Program-made: the position numbers and the translations under genes
Assembly: GCA_965215185.1 (NCBI GenBank)
Contig: OZ244034.1
Span: 2,144,001-2,208,000 of the forward strand
Source: Acidimicrobiia bacterium
Lineage (GTDB): Bacteria > Actinomycetota > Acidimicrobiia > Spongiisociales > ZC4RG35
DNA length: 64,000 nt
Direction: 5' to 3'
The notes under the pieces: generated by a model
Told to the model about the DNA's origin: nothing
Database searches by the model: none
Seen by the model: only the letters and a program-made list of their open reading frames with translations
Shown: one piece after another, positions 38,547-48,359 of the stretch
How positions within the stretch are numbered: the stretch's first letter is position 1
Layout of the letters: each line of letters starts with the position of its first letter

Positions 38547-39194
38547 TCAGCTTTCAAACCTCGACGACCCGCCCCCACCCAGGACGTGCTCCCGGGCTCG
38601 AAGGCGAGATTTCTCTGCTACCTCCCGCACCCAACAACCCTCCAGATGATCGTTGACCAGTCCCATGGCCTGCATGAAGGCATAGCAGGTGGTGGGACCC
38701 ACGAACGTCCAACCCCTGCGTCGCAGATCCTTGGCCAAGGCGGCCGATGCCTCGGTGATGGCGGGAGGCGCCGCTCGCAGAGGCGCTGATCCAAACTCCC
38801 CCCATCCCCAGAAATAGGAGGCCAGCGACCCGTGGAAGGCCGCCATCTCCAGAGCGCGGCCCGCGTTGTTGATCACCGAGCGGATCTTCCCGCGATGGCG
38901 GATGATCCCGGCGTTCTGCGCCAAGCGTTCCACATCACGATCTGCGAACTCCATCACTAGATCCGGATCAAAACCCAGGAATGCCTCCCGAAAATTGTCC
39001 CGCTTTCGGAGCACGGTCAGCCAGGAAAGGCCCGCCTGGAACCCCTCCAAACAGATCTTCTCAAACAACCGATGATCGCAGGTGCTCCCAAAGCCCCATT
39101 CTCGGTCGTGATAGCGACGGTACTCGGAAGGGTCGGCACCCCACCAACAACGCACCGCCCCATCCGGGCCCTGAACCAACAAGCCAGGATCCAT
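38547..39194 (-). CDS. tag: DNA-3-methyladenine glycosylase I
   Basis: RCWW, YHDREWG, LEGFQAGLSW, IIRHRGKI, FVGPTT.YAFMQAMGLVNDH..C. Confidence 0.95.
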   Translation of the reverse strand: MDPGLLVQGPDGAVRCWWGADPSEYRRYHDREWGFGSTCDHRLFEKICLEGFQAGLSWLTVLRKRDNFREAFLGFDPDLVMEFADRDVERLAQNAGIIRHRGKIRSVINNAGRALEMAAFHGSLASYFWGWGEFGSAPLRAAPPAITEASAALAKDLRRRGWTFVGPTTCYAFMQAMGLVNDHLEGCWVREVAEKSRLRAREHVLGGGGSSRFES

Positions 39195-39234
39195 CTTGAA
39201 ATTATCGCAACCGAGTCGACAGGGACTTGCGCCT

Positions 39235-40965
39235 CTAGGCGTTCACCGTCACATCTATGGTGTGATAGCCGGTAGCGCCATCGGGAGCGGGAGGTTGGCG
39301 GAGGTCGGTCTGGGTGACCCCCTCCCCGTCGGTGGCCCGCACTCGCAGTTTGTACCGACCCGGCAGGGGATCCCAATCCAGCTTCCACTGCCGCCAAGAG
39401 TTGTCGGAGATCTCCGCGGACAACTCCGCCTCGGTCCACGGCCCGTTGCCGATCTTCACCTCCACTCGATCCACTCCCCGATGGGGCGCCCAGGCCACCC
39501 CGGCAATAGCGCGGGGACCGGCGGCGATCTGCCCATCACGAGGCGTGTCGATCCGAGATTGAGTTTTGACCGGCGCTTCCTTGGCCCAGCCTCTGGGCAC
39601 CCAGTAGGCATCGAACCCGTCCCAGGTGGTCAACTCCAGTTCCGATAGCCACTTGGTGGCCGACACATAGCCGTACAGTCCCGCCACCACCAACCTAACC
39701 GGAAACCCGTGCTCAATGGGAAGGGGCTCATCGTTCATGCCCACCGCCACCAAAGCGTCCCGCCCGTCAAAGGGGATGGTGGAGGGGAAACCGACAGTGA
39801 AGCCGTCCACCGAGCGCCCCACGATCTGCTGGGCCTCGGGTAGAACTCCAGCTTCGTCCAGGATCAGACTGAGCGGCACTCCCAGCCACTTGGCATGACC
39901 GACCAGCGAGCCTCCCACCGAGTTGGAGACGCAGGACAGGGTTACATAACGCTCCACCAGAGGTCGGGTCAACAACTCATCAAAAGTTATCTCGTAGGGG
40001 TTCTCCACCAGACCCGTGATCCGCAGGGTCCACTCCTCCAGGTTGACCTGCGGCGGCGTGAGAGCGGTGTCGATCAGATAGAAGTCTTCGTTGGGAGTGA
40101 TGATGGGACTGATTCCCGGCACGTCAAGTGAGTGTCCGGCAGGAAGCGGCCCTGCTCCTTCCACGGCCGCCTCAGTGGTGGTTGTGGTCGCCTCGGTGGT
40201 GGTTACCTGAGCGTCGGCCGCCGTGGTCCCCGCGCCCGTGGTGCTGGGCGCAGCCGTGGTGGGCGCAATGGTGGTGACGGTGGTCTCGGTGGCCTGGGGA
40301 AGCACCACGGTGTCGCGGCCCGCCAAGGCCTGTTTGGTGCGTTCCAGCATGAAGCGACCGCCGGCGGCCATTGCCACTCCCAACCCCAACGCTGCCCCCG
40401 CCCCCACCAGGAACTTCCGGCGGGACACGTCCGGCGCCGCTGCGGTCTGCTCAGTCTCATCAACAGCAGGCGCCTCCTCACCGACCCCTCCTTCGGCCAT
40501 CGGGGCATCATCGCTTTCGGGGACCTCCCCCCCAGCGTATCGGTACAGGATTCTGAGAACGGCCAGCGCCACTGCAGCCGCTACGCCGGCGCTGATGATG
40601 GCAATCAACCAGCCCACATCCGGCTCGCGGCTCAACGAAAAGGCGCCGAGCAGGCCGAACAGGCCGAATACCCAGATGGCCGCGGCCCAGCGACGGGCCG
40701 CCAAGATCCCGACCAGTACCCCCAACACCACGGTCACCACCACCATTCCGATGATCAGTGCCAACTTGTCGTAAACGCCGAACACCGCAATAGCGAAGTC
40801 CTTGACGGGCGGGGGAACATAATCAATGGCCAGACCCCCGACCGCCTCAGTCAGGGAAACGGAGACCGGAGAGACTCCGGCTATCAGCTCACCAGCCGCC
40901 AGAGCCAGCGCTGCCGCCAACGCTCCGGCGATCCCATAGCGAGCACGAGATGAAGAAACACGCAT
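39235..40965 (-). CDS. membrane-bound molybdopterin oxidoreductase (sulfite oxidase family)
   Basis: Several N-terminal TM helices, internal SRRKFL twin-Arg motif, FY.ID, LSCVSN, HGFPVRL..GLYG..ATKW, Mo-co dimerisation domain. Confidence 0.92.
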   Translation of the reverse strand: MRVSSSRARYGIAGALAAALALAAGELIAGVSPVSVSLTEAVGGLAIDYVPPPVKDFAIAVFGVYDKLALIIGMVVVTVVLGVLVGILAARRWAAAIWVFGLFGLLGAFSLSREPDVGWLIAIISAGVAAAVALAVLRILYRYAGGEVPESDDAPMAEGGVGEEAPAVDETEQTAAAPDVSRRKFLVGAGAALGLGVAMAAGGRFMLERTKQALAGRDTVVLPQATETTVTTIAPTTAAPSTTGAGTTAADAQVTTTEATTTTTEAAVEGAGPLPAGHSLDVPGISPIITPNEDFYLIDTALTPPQVNLEEWTLRITGLVENPYEITFDELLTRPLVERYVTLSCVSNSVGGSLVGHAKWLGVPLSLILDEAGVLPEAQQIVGRSVDGFTVGFPSTIPFDGRDALVAVGMNDEPLPIEHGFPVRLVVAGLYGYVSATKWLSELELTTWDGFDAYWVPRGWAKEAPVKTQSRIDTPRDGQIAAGPRAIAGVAWAPHRGVDRVEVKIGNGPWTEAELSAEISDNSWRQWKLDWDPLPGRYKLRVRATDGEGVTQTDLRQPPAPDGATGYHTIDVTVNA

Positions 40966-41047
40966 GATTTCTCAGAATAACCGGTTTGTGAAATAACACT
41001 TGCGGGAAATGCCGAAACGCCTCCAACCCGAGGGCGTCCCCGTCGTC

Positions 41048-41902
41048 TCAACCGGCGGGAGCTTCTCCCGGACGGGAGCCTGCGACTACCAGTGGGTCGG
41101 TTCTGCGGGACCAGTCACTCCAAGACCCCTCATAGAGCAGCCCCGAGAACCCGGCGAGACGCATCGCCAACAGGTTGTGACAAGCCGTAACCCCGCTTCC
41201 ACAATATGTGACTGCACAGTTTTCCGACTCCGACTCGTCCATACCCAGCTCTTCAAAGCGCCGCCGCAAGGCGTCCGAGGGCAGGAATCGCCCTTCGGGT
41301 GTCAGGTTCTTTCCAAAGAAGGCGCTTACAGCGGTGGGAATGTGGCCGGCTTGGGGGTCGGTCGTCTCGTTTTCACCCCGGTAGCGGTCCTCGGAGCGGG
41401 CATCCAGAATCAAGCTTGTGCCCAGCATGGATAGCACATGGTCACCGTCCACCACTCCCCTCCATCCGCCCCTCGCCTGAAATACGACCGGTAAGACCGC
41501 AGGGACCTCCGAAGTGACCGGCAGACCAGCCTCCTCCCAGGCTGGGTAACCGCCATCCAGCACAAACGCCGACTCATGCCCCAGCGCATCCAGCATCCAC
41601 CACAGGCGGGAGGCGATAGCATCCCCCAAAGAATCGTAGGCCACCACTGTGTGATCGTTTCCGATGCCCATTCCACCCAGAGTGCGGGCGAAGACATTCA
41701 CGGGTGGTAAAGGATGGCGGCCTGGTCCTTCCGTTGCGCTCAGATCAGTGTCCAAATCAACAAAACGCGCCCCGGGCAGATGAGCCCGGGCATACTCCGC
41801 CGCGCCCTGACGAGGATCGGCCAGATACCACCGTACATCACAAATGACAGTCCGGGGGTCCGAGATCCTCCCAGCCAGTTCCTCCACGCTCATCAAGGCC
41901 AT
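41048..41902 (-). CDS. sulfurtransferase (two-domain rhodanese, SseA-like)
   Basis: HLPGA, GRHPLP, LDGG, GHIP, YCGSGVTAC, LYEGSWSDW. Confidence 0.94.
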   Translation of the reverse strand: MALMSVEELAGRISDPRTVICDVRWYLADPRQGAAEYARAHLPGARFVDLDTDLSATEGPGRHPLPPVNVFARTLGGMGIGNDHTVVAYDSLGDAIASRLWWMLDALGHESAFVLDGGYPAWEEAGLPVTSEVPAVLPVVFQARGGWRGVVDGDHVLSMLGTSLILDARSEDRYRGENETTDPQAGHIPTAVSAFFGKNLTPEGRFLPSDALRRRFEELGMDESESENCAVTYCGSGVTACHNLLAMRLAGFSGLLYEGSWSDWSRRTDPLVVAGSRPGEAPAG

Positions 41903-41920
41903 CGGTGAAGCCTCCCCTGC

Positions 41921-42388
41921 TCAGCCAGTCTCCGGCGCATGGTCGGTTGGGGGATGTTCGTCGTCACAGTCACGTTGATCGGCGGGCATCGGCTCTGGCT
42001 CGGTCGGGGATTGATCTTCGGACTCTTCTACTTCCCGCAACCGGCCTCGCAAATGGGCCGCCCAACCCGAAAGCACATCAGCGATCACCGAGATAAATGT
42101 CCGGGTGGTCTTTTGGACTTGCTGTTTGACTTCTGGATCTTTGAGGGTGTTCCCGGCGCCCGCCACCATGTGGGATAAGGCTCCTCCCAGGGTGCGAAGG
42201 GCCTCGGCCACCTCTTCCCCGGAAGGTCCCTCCGAGGCTCCCCTCCGATAGCTGGAGCGGAAACTGCTACGGAGAGGATCGAACACCCCGCCGGTCTCTT
42301 TCCAACTCGACCCGTTCTCCTCATCGATCCCATGATCGTCGAGTGGGACGCGGCGCTCTTCGCCTTGACCATTGGCGGGATCGCCCAT
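41921..42388 (-). CDS. hypothetical helical protein (start uncertain)
   Basis: Fills the gap co-directionally with the rhodanese; amphipathic sequence (LKDPEVKQQV). Confidence 0.55.
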   Translation of the reverse strand: MGDPANGQGEERRVPLDDHGIDEENGSSWKETGGVFDPLRSSFRSSYRRGASEGPSGEEVAEALRTLGGALSHMVAGAGNTLKDPEVKQQVQKTTRTFISVIADVLSGWAAHLRGRLREVEESEDQSPTEPEPMPADQRDCDDEHPPTDHAPETG

Positions 42389-42393
42389 ACCAT
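42365..42393 (+). promoter_or_regulatory. sigma70-type promoter, leaderless arrangement
   Basis: TTGACC-N17-TACCAT, 7 nt before the ATG at 42401. Confidence 0.7.
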
Positions 42394-42400
42394 CGGTGGG

Positions 42401-43279
42401 ATGTTCGTGCATCTGCTAGATGGTACATATGAGTTGTTTCGCGCCTACTTCGGGTTTCCTCCCCGGACCTCGCCGGACGGCCGGGAGGTAGGAGCGGTCT
42501 ACGGGCTTTTGATCACGACCCTTTCACTGCTGCGAGATCCCCAGCTGACCCACATCGCCGCGGCCACCGACACCATTATCGAGAGTTTCCGAAACGACCT
42601 GTATGACGGCTACAAGACCGGGGTAGGGGTTCCCGAGGATCTTATGTCCCAGTTTGATTTGGCGGAGCGGGCCTTCGAGACGCTGGGGGTGAGGGTGTGG
42701 AGGATGGTCGCATTCGAAGCCGACGACGCCATGGCCAGCGGCGCCCATCGCTTCTCCTCCCAGGTGGAGCGGGTGATCCTGGTGAGCCCCGACAAGGATA
42801 TGACCCAATGCGTGTCGGGAAGGAGGGTGGTCACCTTTGATCGCCGCAAGAACCAGATGCTGGACGCGGCGGGAGTGGTGGCCAAATTCGGAGTGTCGCC
42901 GGCTTCGATTCCAGACTATCTGGCTCTGGTGGGAGACGCCGCTGACGGTATCCCCGGCATCCCTGCTTGGGGCGCCAAATCCTCGGCGGCCCTGCTTGGA
43001 CATTACCGGCACCTGGAGAACATCCCGCCCGACCACGCTGATTGGCAGGTGCAGGTGCGGGGCTCAGCCCGCCTGGCCAAGAACCTCAGAGAACACCAAG
43101 AGGAGGCTCTGTTGTTCCGAGAGTTGACCACCCTCCGGCGGGATGCTCCCATCTCCGGCACCTTGGACGAGATCGCCTGGCGTGGGGTCAACCGCGCCGC
43201 GTATCAGCGACTCTGCACGGAGTTGGGGTTTCGCAATCCCCCCGCCGTGCATCGGTGGGCCGAGGAAACCCCGGCCTGA
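42401..43279 (+). CDS. 5'-3' exonuclease / flap endonuclease (stand-alone PolI N-domain)
   Basis: LLDGTYELFRAY, FRNDLY.GYK, FEADD, SPDKD, LVGDAADGIPG (H3TH). Confidence 0.93.
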   Translation: MFVHLLDGTYELFRAYFGFPPRTSPDGREVGAVYGLLITTLSLLRDPQLTHIAAATDTIIESFRNDLYDGYKTGVGVPEDLMSQFDLAERAFETLGVRVWRMVAFEADDAMASGAHRFSSQVERVILVSPDKDMTQCVSGRRVVTFDRRKNQMLDAAGVVAKFGVSPASIPDYLALVGDAADGIPGIPAWGAKSSAALLGHYRHLENIPPDHADWQVQVRGSARLAKNLREHQEEALLFRELTTLRRDAPISGTLDEIAWRGVNRAAYQRLCTELGFRNPPAVHRWAEETPA

Positions 43280-44089
43280 TCAGTCTCCGGTGAAACGGGG
43301 AGGCCGCCGCTCCATGAATGCCGACATCGCCTCGGTGAGGTCGGCAGACTCCAAAAAAGCGGTGTTCCAAAGCGCCACATAGTCCAAGGCTTCGCTCAGG
43401 GACCTGCCCTGCTCGGCAGCGAGCACCGCTTTGGCTCCCTGCACCGCCAGCGGGGAATTGGAAGCGATCTGGTTGGCCCACTCCCGGGCGCCGGCCAAAA
43501 GAGACTCTTGATCGGGATACACCTGGTTGACCAGTCCCATGTGTTCGGCGCGGGCCGCGTCGATGTCCTTGCCGGTATAGACCAATTCCGCCACATGACC
43601 TGCCGAGACCACTTTGGGCAGCCGCTCCAGGGTTCCCATGTCAGCCACCATCGCCATGCGGGTCTCTCTCACTGAGAACACTGCGTCGGAAGCGGCCAGC
43701 CGGATGTCGCAAGCCGTGATCAGGTCCATGCCTGCTCCTATGCACCATCCGTGTACGGCTGCGATCAGCGGAACGGGGGAAGACGCCAACGAGGAGAAAG
43801 TCTTCTGCAGGTCTTTCAGGCGGGAGAACAGAGCCCGTTTGATTGCTGCCGGGGAACCTTCTCCGGGCGCCAGTCCTCCTAGCATGTTCAGATCGATCCC
43901 CACCGTGAAGGCCCGACCGCGGCCGGCCACCACCATCACCCGCACCCCGGAACGGCCGCCCAGTTCCTCCACTGCCCGAGGCAGATCCTCCCACAGGTCG
44001 GGGGAAAAGGCGTTCATCTTTTCGGGGCGATTCAGCCACAGCCAGCCGATGTGGCCGTCGGTTTCGACTTGGATGTGTTGGAAGCTCAC
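43280..44089 (-). CDS. enoyl-CoA hydratase/isomerase (dienoyl-CoA isomerase-like)
   Basis: LNRPEKMNA, FTVGIDL, AVHGWCIGAG.DL..ACDIR, ADMGTL; GTG at 44089 lies 8 nt after TATCCT. Confidence 0.92.
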   Translation of the reverse strand: MSFQHIQVETDGHIGWLWLNRPEKMNAFSPDLWEDLPRAVEELGGRSGVRVMVVAGRGRAFTVGIDLNMLGGLAPGEGSPAAIKRALFSRLKDLQKTFSSLASSPVPLIAAVHGWCIGAGMDLITACDIRLAASDAVFSVRETRMAMVADMGTLERLPKVVSAGHVAELVYTGKDIDAARAEHMGLVNQVYPDQESLLAGAREWANQIASNSPLAVQGAKAVLAAEQGRSLSEALDYVALWNTAFLESADLTEAMSAFMERRPPRFTGD

Positions 44090-44136
44090 ACCCACAGAGG
44101 ATATAGCCTGCAAAGGAGGTAGCCTTCCAAGCGTCG

Positions 44137-45735
44137 ATGCCAGTTCTGCCCACCAATATCGACCGGTCCTCTCTGGATTACCAAGCCAACCGGGAAACGA
44201 TGCTCGCCACACTTTCGGAGTTCGAGCAACTCATGGCGAAGGCGCGGGAAGGGGGCGGCCCCAAATATGTCGAGCGTCATCTGGCCCGGGGCAAGCTCTT
44301 GGCTCGTCAACGCATCGAACTGCTGTTGGATCGCGACTCGCCGTTCTTGGAACTGTCCACTCTGGCCTGCTGGGGAACCGACAAGAAACTGGGCGCCAAT
44401 CTGGTCACCGGGATAGGGGTGGTGGAAGGAGTGGAGTGTGTGATCTCCGCCAACGATCCCACCAGTCAGGCGGGATCGATGCACCGGATCGGGACCGTGA
44501 AAGGCATGCGCGCCCAGGAAATCGCCCGAGTCAACCGGTTACCGCTGATCAGTCTGGTGGAGTCGGGCGGCGCGGTACTTCCCGAACAGGCACAAGTGTT
44601 CGTCAGGGCCGGGGCGACTTTCCGCAATCTCACCCAACTCTCTCAACTGGGTATCCCCACCATTGCTCTGGTGTTCGGGAACTCCACCGCGGGTGGGGCC
44701 TATCTGCCGGGCATGGCCGACTACGCGGTGATGGTCAAAGAACGCGCCAAGGTGTTTCTGGGCGGTCCTCCCCTAGTGAAGATGGCCACCGGGGAGGAAT
44801 CGACCGACGAGGAGCTGGGCGGGGCGGAGATGCACTCCCGCGTATCGGGGCTGTCCGACTACTTTGCGGTGGACGAACTCGACGCCCTGCGGATCGGACG
44901 AGAGATCGTAACCCATCTCAACTGGCGTAAACAGGGTTACGGACCGACCCGGTTCGCCACCGAGCCCGAACATGACCCCGAGGATCTCCTGGGACTCATC
45001 TCCCAGGATCTACGGATTCCCTTCGACATGCGGGAGGTGCTGGGGAGGGTGCTGGATGGCTCCGTCTTTGACGAATACAAAGCGTTGTACGGTCCGTCGC
45101 TGGTGACCGGATGGGGCTCGGTGCATGGATTCGCGGTGGGGGTGGTGGCCAATCAGCAGGGGGTGATCTTCTCAGAAGAAGCTCACAAGGCCACCGAGTT
45201 CATCATGCTGTGCAACCGATACGACGTTCCGATCATCTTCATTCACAACACCACTGGCTACATGGTTGGCAAGGACTACGAGCAGCGGGGGATCATCAAA
45301 GACGGGGCCAAGATGATCAATGCGGTGGCCAACTCCACCGTCCCTCACATCTCCCTTCTGGCGGGAGTCTCCTATGGGGCCGGTAATTACGGAATGTCGG
45401 GTCGGGCGTATGACCCTCGTTTCATGTTCGGCTGGCCCAATCACAAGATCGCGGTGATGGGACCCAAGCAGTTGGCCGGGGTGATGTCCATCATCCGCCG
45501 GGCCGCCGCCGAGAACCGCGGGGAACCCTACGACGACGATCTCGACGCCGCCATCAGGGCCAAGATCGAGAACCAGATCTCGGCCGAGGAACTGGCCTAT
45601 TTCGCCACTTCCCGCATCTGGGACGACGGGTTGGTCGACCCCCGGGACACCCGTACCGTGCTGGGCATCGCCCTGTCGGCAGTCCATTCCGGTCCCGTGA
45701 AGGGAACAAGTTCCTTCGGCGTGTTCCGGATGTGA
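44137..45735 (+). CDS. acyl-CoA carboxylase beta (carboxyltransferase) subunit, AtuC/MccB-like
   Basis: RGKLLARQRI, LVESGGA, TAGGAY, LGGAEMH, SYGAGNYGM. Confidence 0.93.
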   Translation: MPVLPTNIDRSSLDYQANRETMLATLSEFEQLMAKAREGGGPKYVERHLARGKLLARQRIELLLDRDSPFLELSTLACWGTDKKLGANLVTGIGVVEGVECVISANDPTSQAGSMHRIGTVKGMRAQEIARVNRLPLISLVESGGAVLPEQAQVFVRAGATFRNLTQLSQLGIPTIALVFGNSTAGGAYLPGMADYAVMVKERAKVFLGGPPLVKMATGEESTDEELGGAEMHSRVSGLSDYFAVDELDALRIGREIVTHLNWRKQGYGPTRFATEPEHDPEDLLGLISQDLRIPFDMREVLGRVLDGSVFDEYKALYGPSLVTGWGSVHGFAVGVVANQQGVIFSEEAHKATEFIMLCNRYDVPIIFIHNTTGYMVGKDYEQRGIIKDGAKMINAVANSTVPHISLLAGVSYGAGNYGMSGRAYDPRFMFGWPNHKIAVMGPKQLAGVMSIIRRAAAENRGEPYDDDLDAAIRAKIENQISAEELAYFATSRIWDDGLVDPRDTRTVLGIALSAVHSGPVKGTSSFGVFRM

Positions 45736-46139
45736 TGCCCGAACGCCTTTTCTTTAAAAGGGGGTCCTGCTCCGGGGGTTTCGGTGAACTCCCAAGGGCA
45801 CTGGCCATCTCTTTGTCACAGTCACATCACATAGTGTGCTGATCGACAAGCACCGTCCTCGGGCAGGGTTCCACCCCAGGACGGGTTCCAAACAAGACGG
45901 CTCAACCTGTCCGGCATGGTTCCACCGGACCCGAACCGTCTTCTCAATGCCGGTAACGGCTTCTCCGACACGGGGTGGCAACGGTGGGCGAGAGCTTGCC
46001 CGCACCTCGTTCCAACCGGCATGGCGGCGGTGGGGGTGGGCCCGGCAGGGCTGATTTGCGGATGATTGGGCGAGACTCGAATCTCCGCCTTCGTAGGTCT
46101 AAGGCCGTTAACATATTTTCCGAGGTTAAGGTCTTTCCA

Positions 46140-48326
46140 CTGTCTACTCCGCAGAACCGCCCCCGTAAGCGCCAGTTCGGCAACCTTGCTGGGGCGGCCG
46201 TCGTGTTACTTTTTCTTGCCGGTTGCGGAGCAACTGGCGACAGGAGCACCCCTACCTCTGATGTTTCCCCTACAGCCGGCCCCGAAGGAGGGTTCGCAGG
46301 TACGGTGCGTATCGGCGCCGCCTTGAGCGAAACGGGCATATTTGCAGTGGAGGGCCGCGACTCCCGGCAGGGGTACGACACCTGGGTGAAGTGGGTGAAC
46401 GAGGAATACGGTGGCATCGAAATCGACGGACAACGGTACGCGGCGGAAATCATCTACTACGACGACGAGTCAGACGCCGACACGGCGGCGAACCTGGTGC
46501 AGAAACTCATCGACGACGACCGTGTCGACTTTCTGCTCGGTCCCTACTCGAGCGGCCTGACCACGGGCGCCAGCGCCATCGCCGAGGCAAACAATGTAAT
46601 CATGGTGGAGGGAAACGGCACGTCGGATACCATGTTCGAGCGCGGTTTCCGGAACTTGTTCCTGGTGGCCACCATCGCCAGCGACTACACGAAGTCGGGA
46701 GTCGAGTTGCTGGCCGATCAAGGGGCGCGCAGCGCGGTCATCGCCTACGAGGACACCTCGTTTCCCACCTCCGTGGCCAACGGGGCAATCCGGCACCTCG
46801 AAGACAACGATATAGAGGTGCTGGCAGTAGAGACCTATCCCAAGGACATCCAGGACGTCTCTGCCATCATGACCAAATTTCGGGACTTGGACCCGGATAT
46901 CTTCGTGGGCGGAGGCCACTACAACGATGCGGTCCTGTTCGTGAACTCGGCCAAAGAACTTGGATTCGCCCCCAGAGGGATGCTGATCACCGTGGGCCCG
47001 TCCAATCCCAAGCTGGTTGAGGAGTTGGGTGAAGATGTGAACGGGGTGCTGGGGCCCACCCAGTGGGAGCCCGTCATGGCCTACGAAGGTCCCTACTTCG
47101 GAACTGCCTCCGACTACTCCGCATATTACGAGAGCCTGTGGGGCGAGCCACCTGTTTACCAGGCTGCCAGCGCCACCGCCTCGGCTCTGGCTTTGCAACT
47201 GGCTATCGAGGCCGCCGGCGCCACCGATACGGATGCGGTGCGAGAAGCTTTGCATTCCCTGCAGGCCGACACTTTTTATGGTCCCATTTCCTTTGATGAC
47301 CGGGGCGTCAATACCGCCAAGCCGATGGGCACAGTCCAGGTACAGGACGGCCAGATCCGGGTGGTGGCCCCCGCTGCCGCGGCAGTGGCCGAATTTTCAC
47401 TCCCGGCTGCGGAAACGCTCAGCCGTGGCACGGGTTCCCAACTGGCACAGGCCTTGATCAACGGTATCGCTCTGGGCGGCATGTACACGATCCTGGTAAT
47501 GGGCTTCTCGATTATCTGGGGTGTAATGGGCGTGATCAACTTCGCCCACGGCGAGTTCGTGATGATCGGCGCTTATCTGGCCTGGCTGGCCAACGAGCTG
47601 TGGGGGGTGGATCCCTTTGCATCAGCACCTTTGGTTTTCTTGGTGATGCTGGCCCTGGGCTACGCCACTCAACGTCTGGTTGTGAACCCGGTGACCGACC
47701 GCTCACACCTGGTATCGCTTCTGGTGATGTTCGGTGTTGCGATCATATTGCAAAACGTCATGAAGCTCATCTTCTCGGCCGATTTCCGCCGCACCGACAC
47801 CGCTCTTGGAGGCGCCTGGGAACTTACCGACGGGGTCACCGTGCCCGTCACCCGGTTCTGGATACTGATCGTGGCCCTGGCTGTGGCTGGCGCCTTAACT
47901 ATGTTCCTGATGCACACCCGCCTCGGCAAGAGCATCCGGGCCGCTGCCCAGAATCGCGAGGCGGCCCGCATCCTCGGCATCGACGTCTCCAGGGTTTACG
48001 CATTGACCTTTGCCATGTGCATCGGTATCACCGGCTTGGCCGGCGCCCTGGTCAGCCCGGTGCTGGCGATCCAGCCATTCCAAGGCCCGCCGCTCACCCT
48101 CAAGGCCTTTGCTATCACCGCCATGGCAGGCCTCGGGTCGGTGAGGGGAGCCTTAGGCGGGGCGATGGCGCTGGGAATCGTAGAGGCGGGGTTGGCCATT
48201 TACATTCCCCGCATCGGAACCAATCTGGCGGTGGTGGCCTCGTTCGTGTTTCTGGTAGTGGCGCTCGTATTGCGTCCCCAGGGCATCTTCAAAGGCCTGC
48301 GACCTGTGGACGCCACGGCATCATGA
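46140..48326 (+). CDS. branched-chain (HAAT) ABC substrate-binding lipoprotein fused to LivH-like permease (start uncertain)
   Basis: Lipobox LFLAGC, LLGPYSS periplasmic-binding domain; continues in frame into ALING..GVINFAHGEF..LGKSIRA..GLGS. Confidence 0.85.
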   Translation: MSTPQNRPRKRQFGNLAGAAVVLLFLAGCGATGDRSTPTSDVSPTAGPEGGFAGTVRIGAALSETGIFAVEGRDSRQGYDTWVKWVNEEYGGIEIDGQRYAAEIIYYDDESDADTAANLVQKLIDDDRVDFLLGPYSSGLTTGASAIAEANNVIMVEGNGTSDTMFERGFRNLFLVATIASDYTKSGVELLADQGARSAVIAYEDTSFPTSVANGAIRHLEDNDIEVLAVETYPKDIQDVSAIMTKFRDLDPDIFVGGGHYNDAVLFVNSAKELGFAPRGMLITVGPSNPKLVEELGEDVNGVLGPTQWEPVMAYEGPYFGTASDYSAYYESLWGEPPVYQAASATASALALQLAIEAAGATDTDAVREALHSLQADTFYGPISFDDRGVNTAKPMGTVQVQDGQIRVVAPAAAAVAEFSLPAAETLSRGTGSQLAQALINGIALGGMYTILVMGFSIIWGVMGVINFAHGEFVMIGAYLAWLANELWGVDPFASAPLVFLVMLALGYATQRLVVNPVTDRSHLVSLLVMFGVAIILQNVMKLIFSADFRRTDTALGGAWELTDGVTVPVTRFWILIVALAVAGALTMFLMHTRLGKSIRAAAQNREAARILGIDVSRVYALTFAMCIGITGLAGALVSPVLAIQPFQGPPLTLKAFAITAMAGLGSVRGALGGAMALGIVEAGLAIYIPRIGTNLAVVASFVFLVVALVLRPQGIFKGLRPVDATAS

Positions 48327-48359
48327 CTCGGGACAGCCACTTGGCATTGAGAGGTCCTC

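Noticed and set aside
43614-44930. 438-aa ORF and the many other long overlapping ORFs in the track
   Set aside because: They are antisense or off-frame shadows of well-supported genes, as expected at high GC, and have no recognisable motifs.
45736-46130. Possible small gene or riboswitch upstream of the liv operon
   Set aside because: The short ORFs show no recognisable family and I could not identify a riboswitch consensus.
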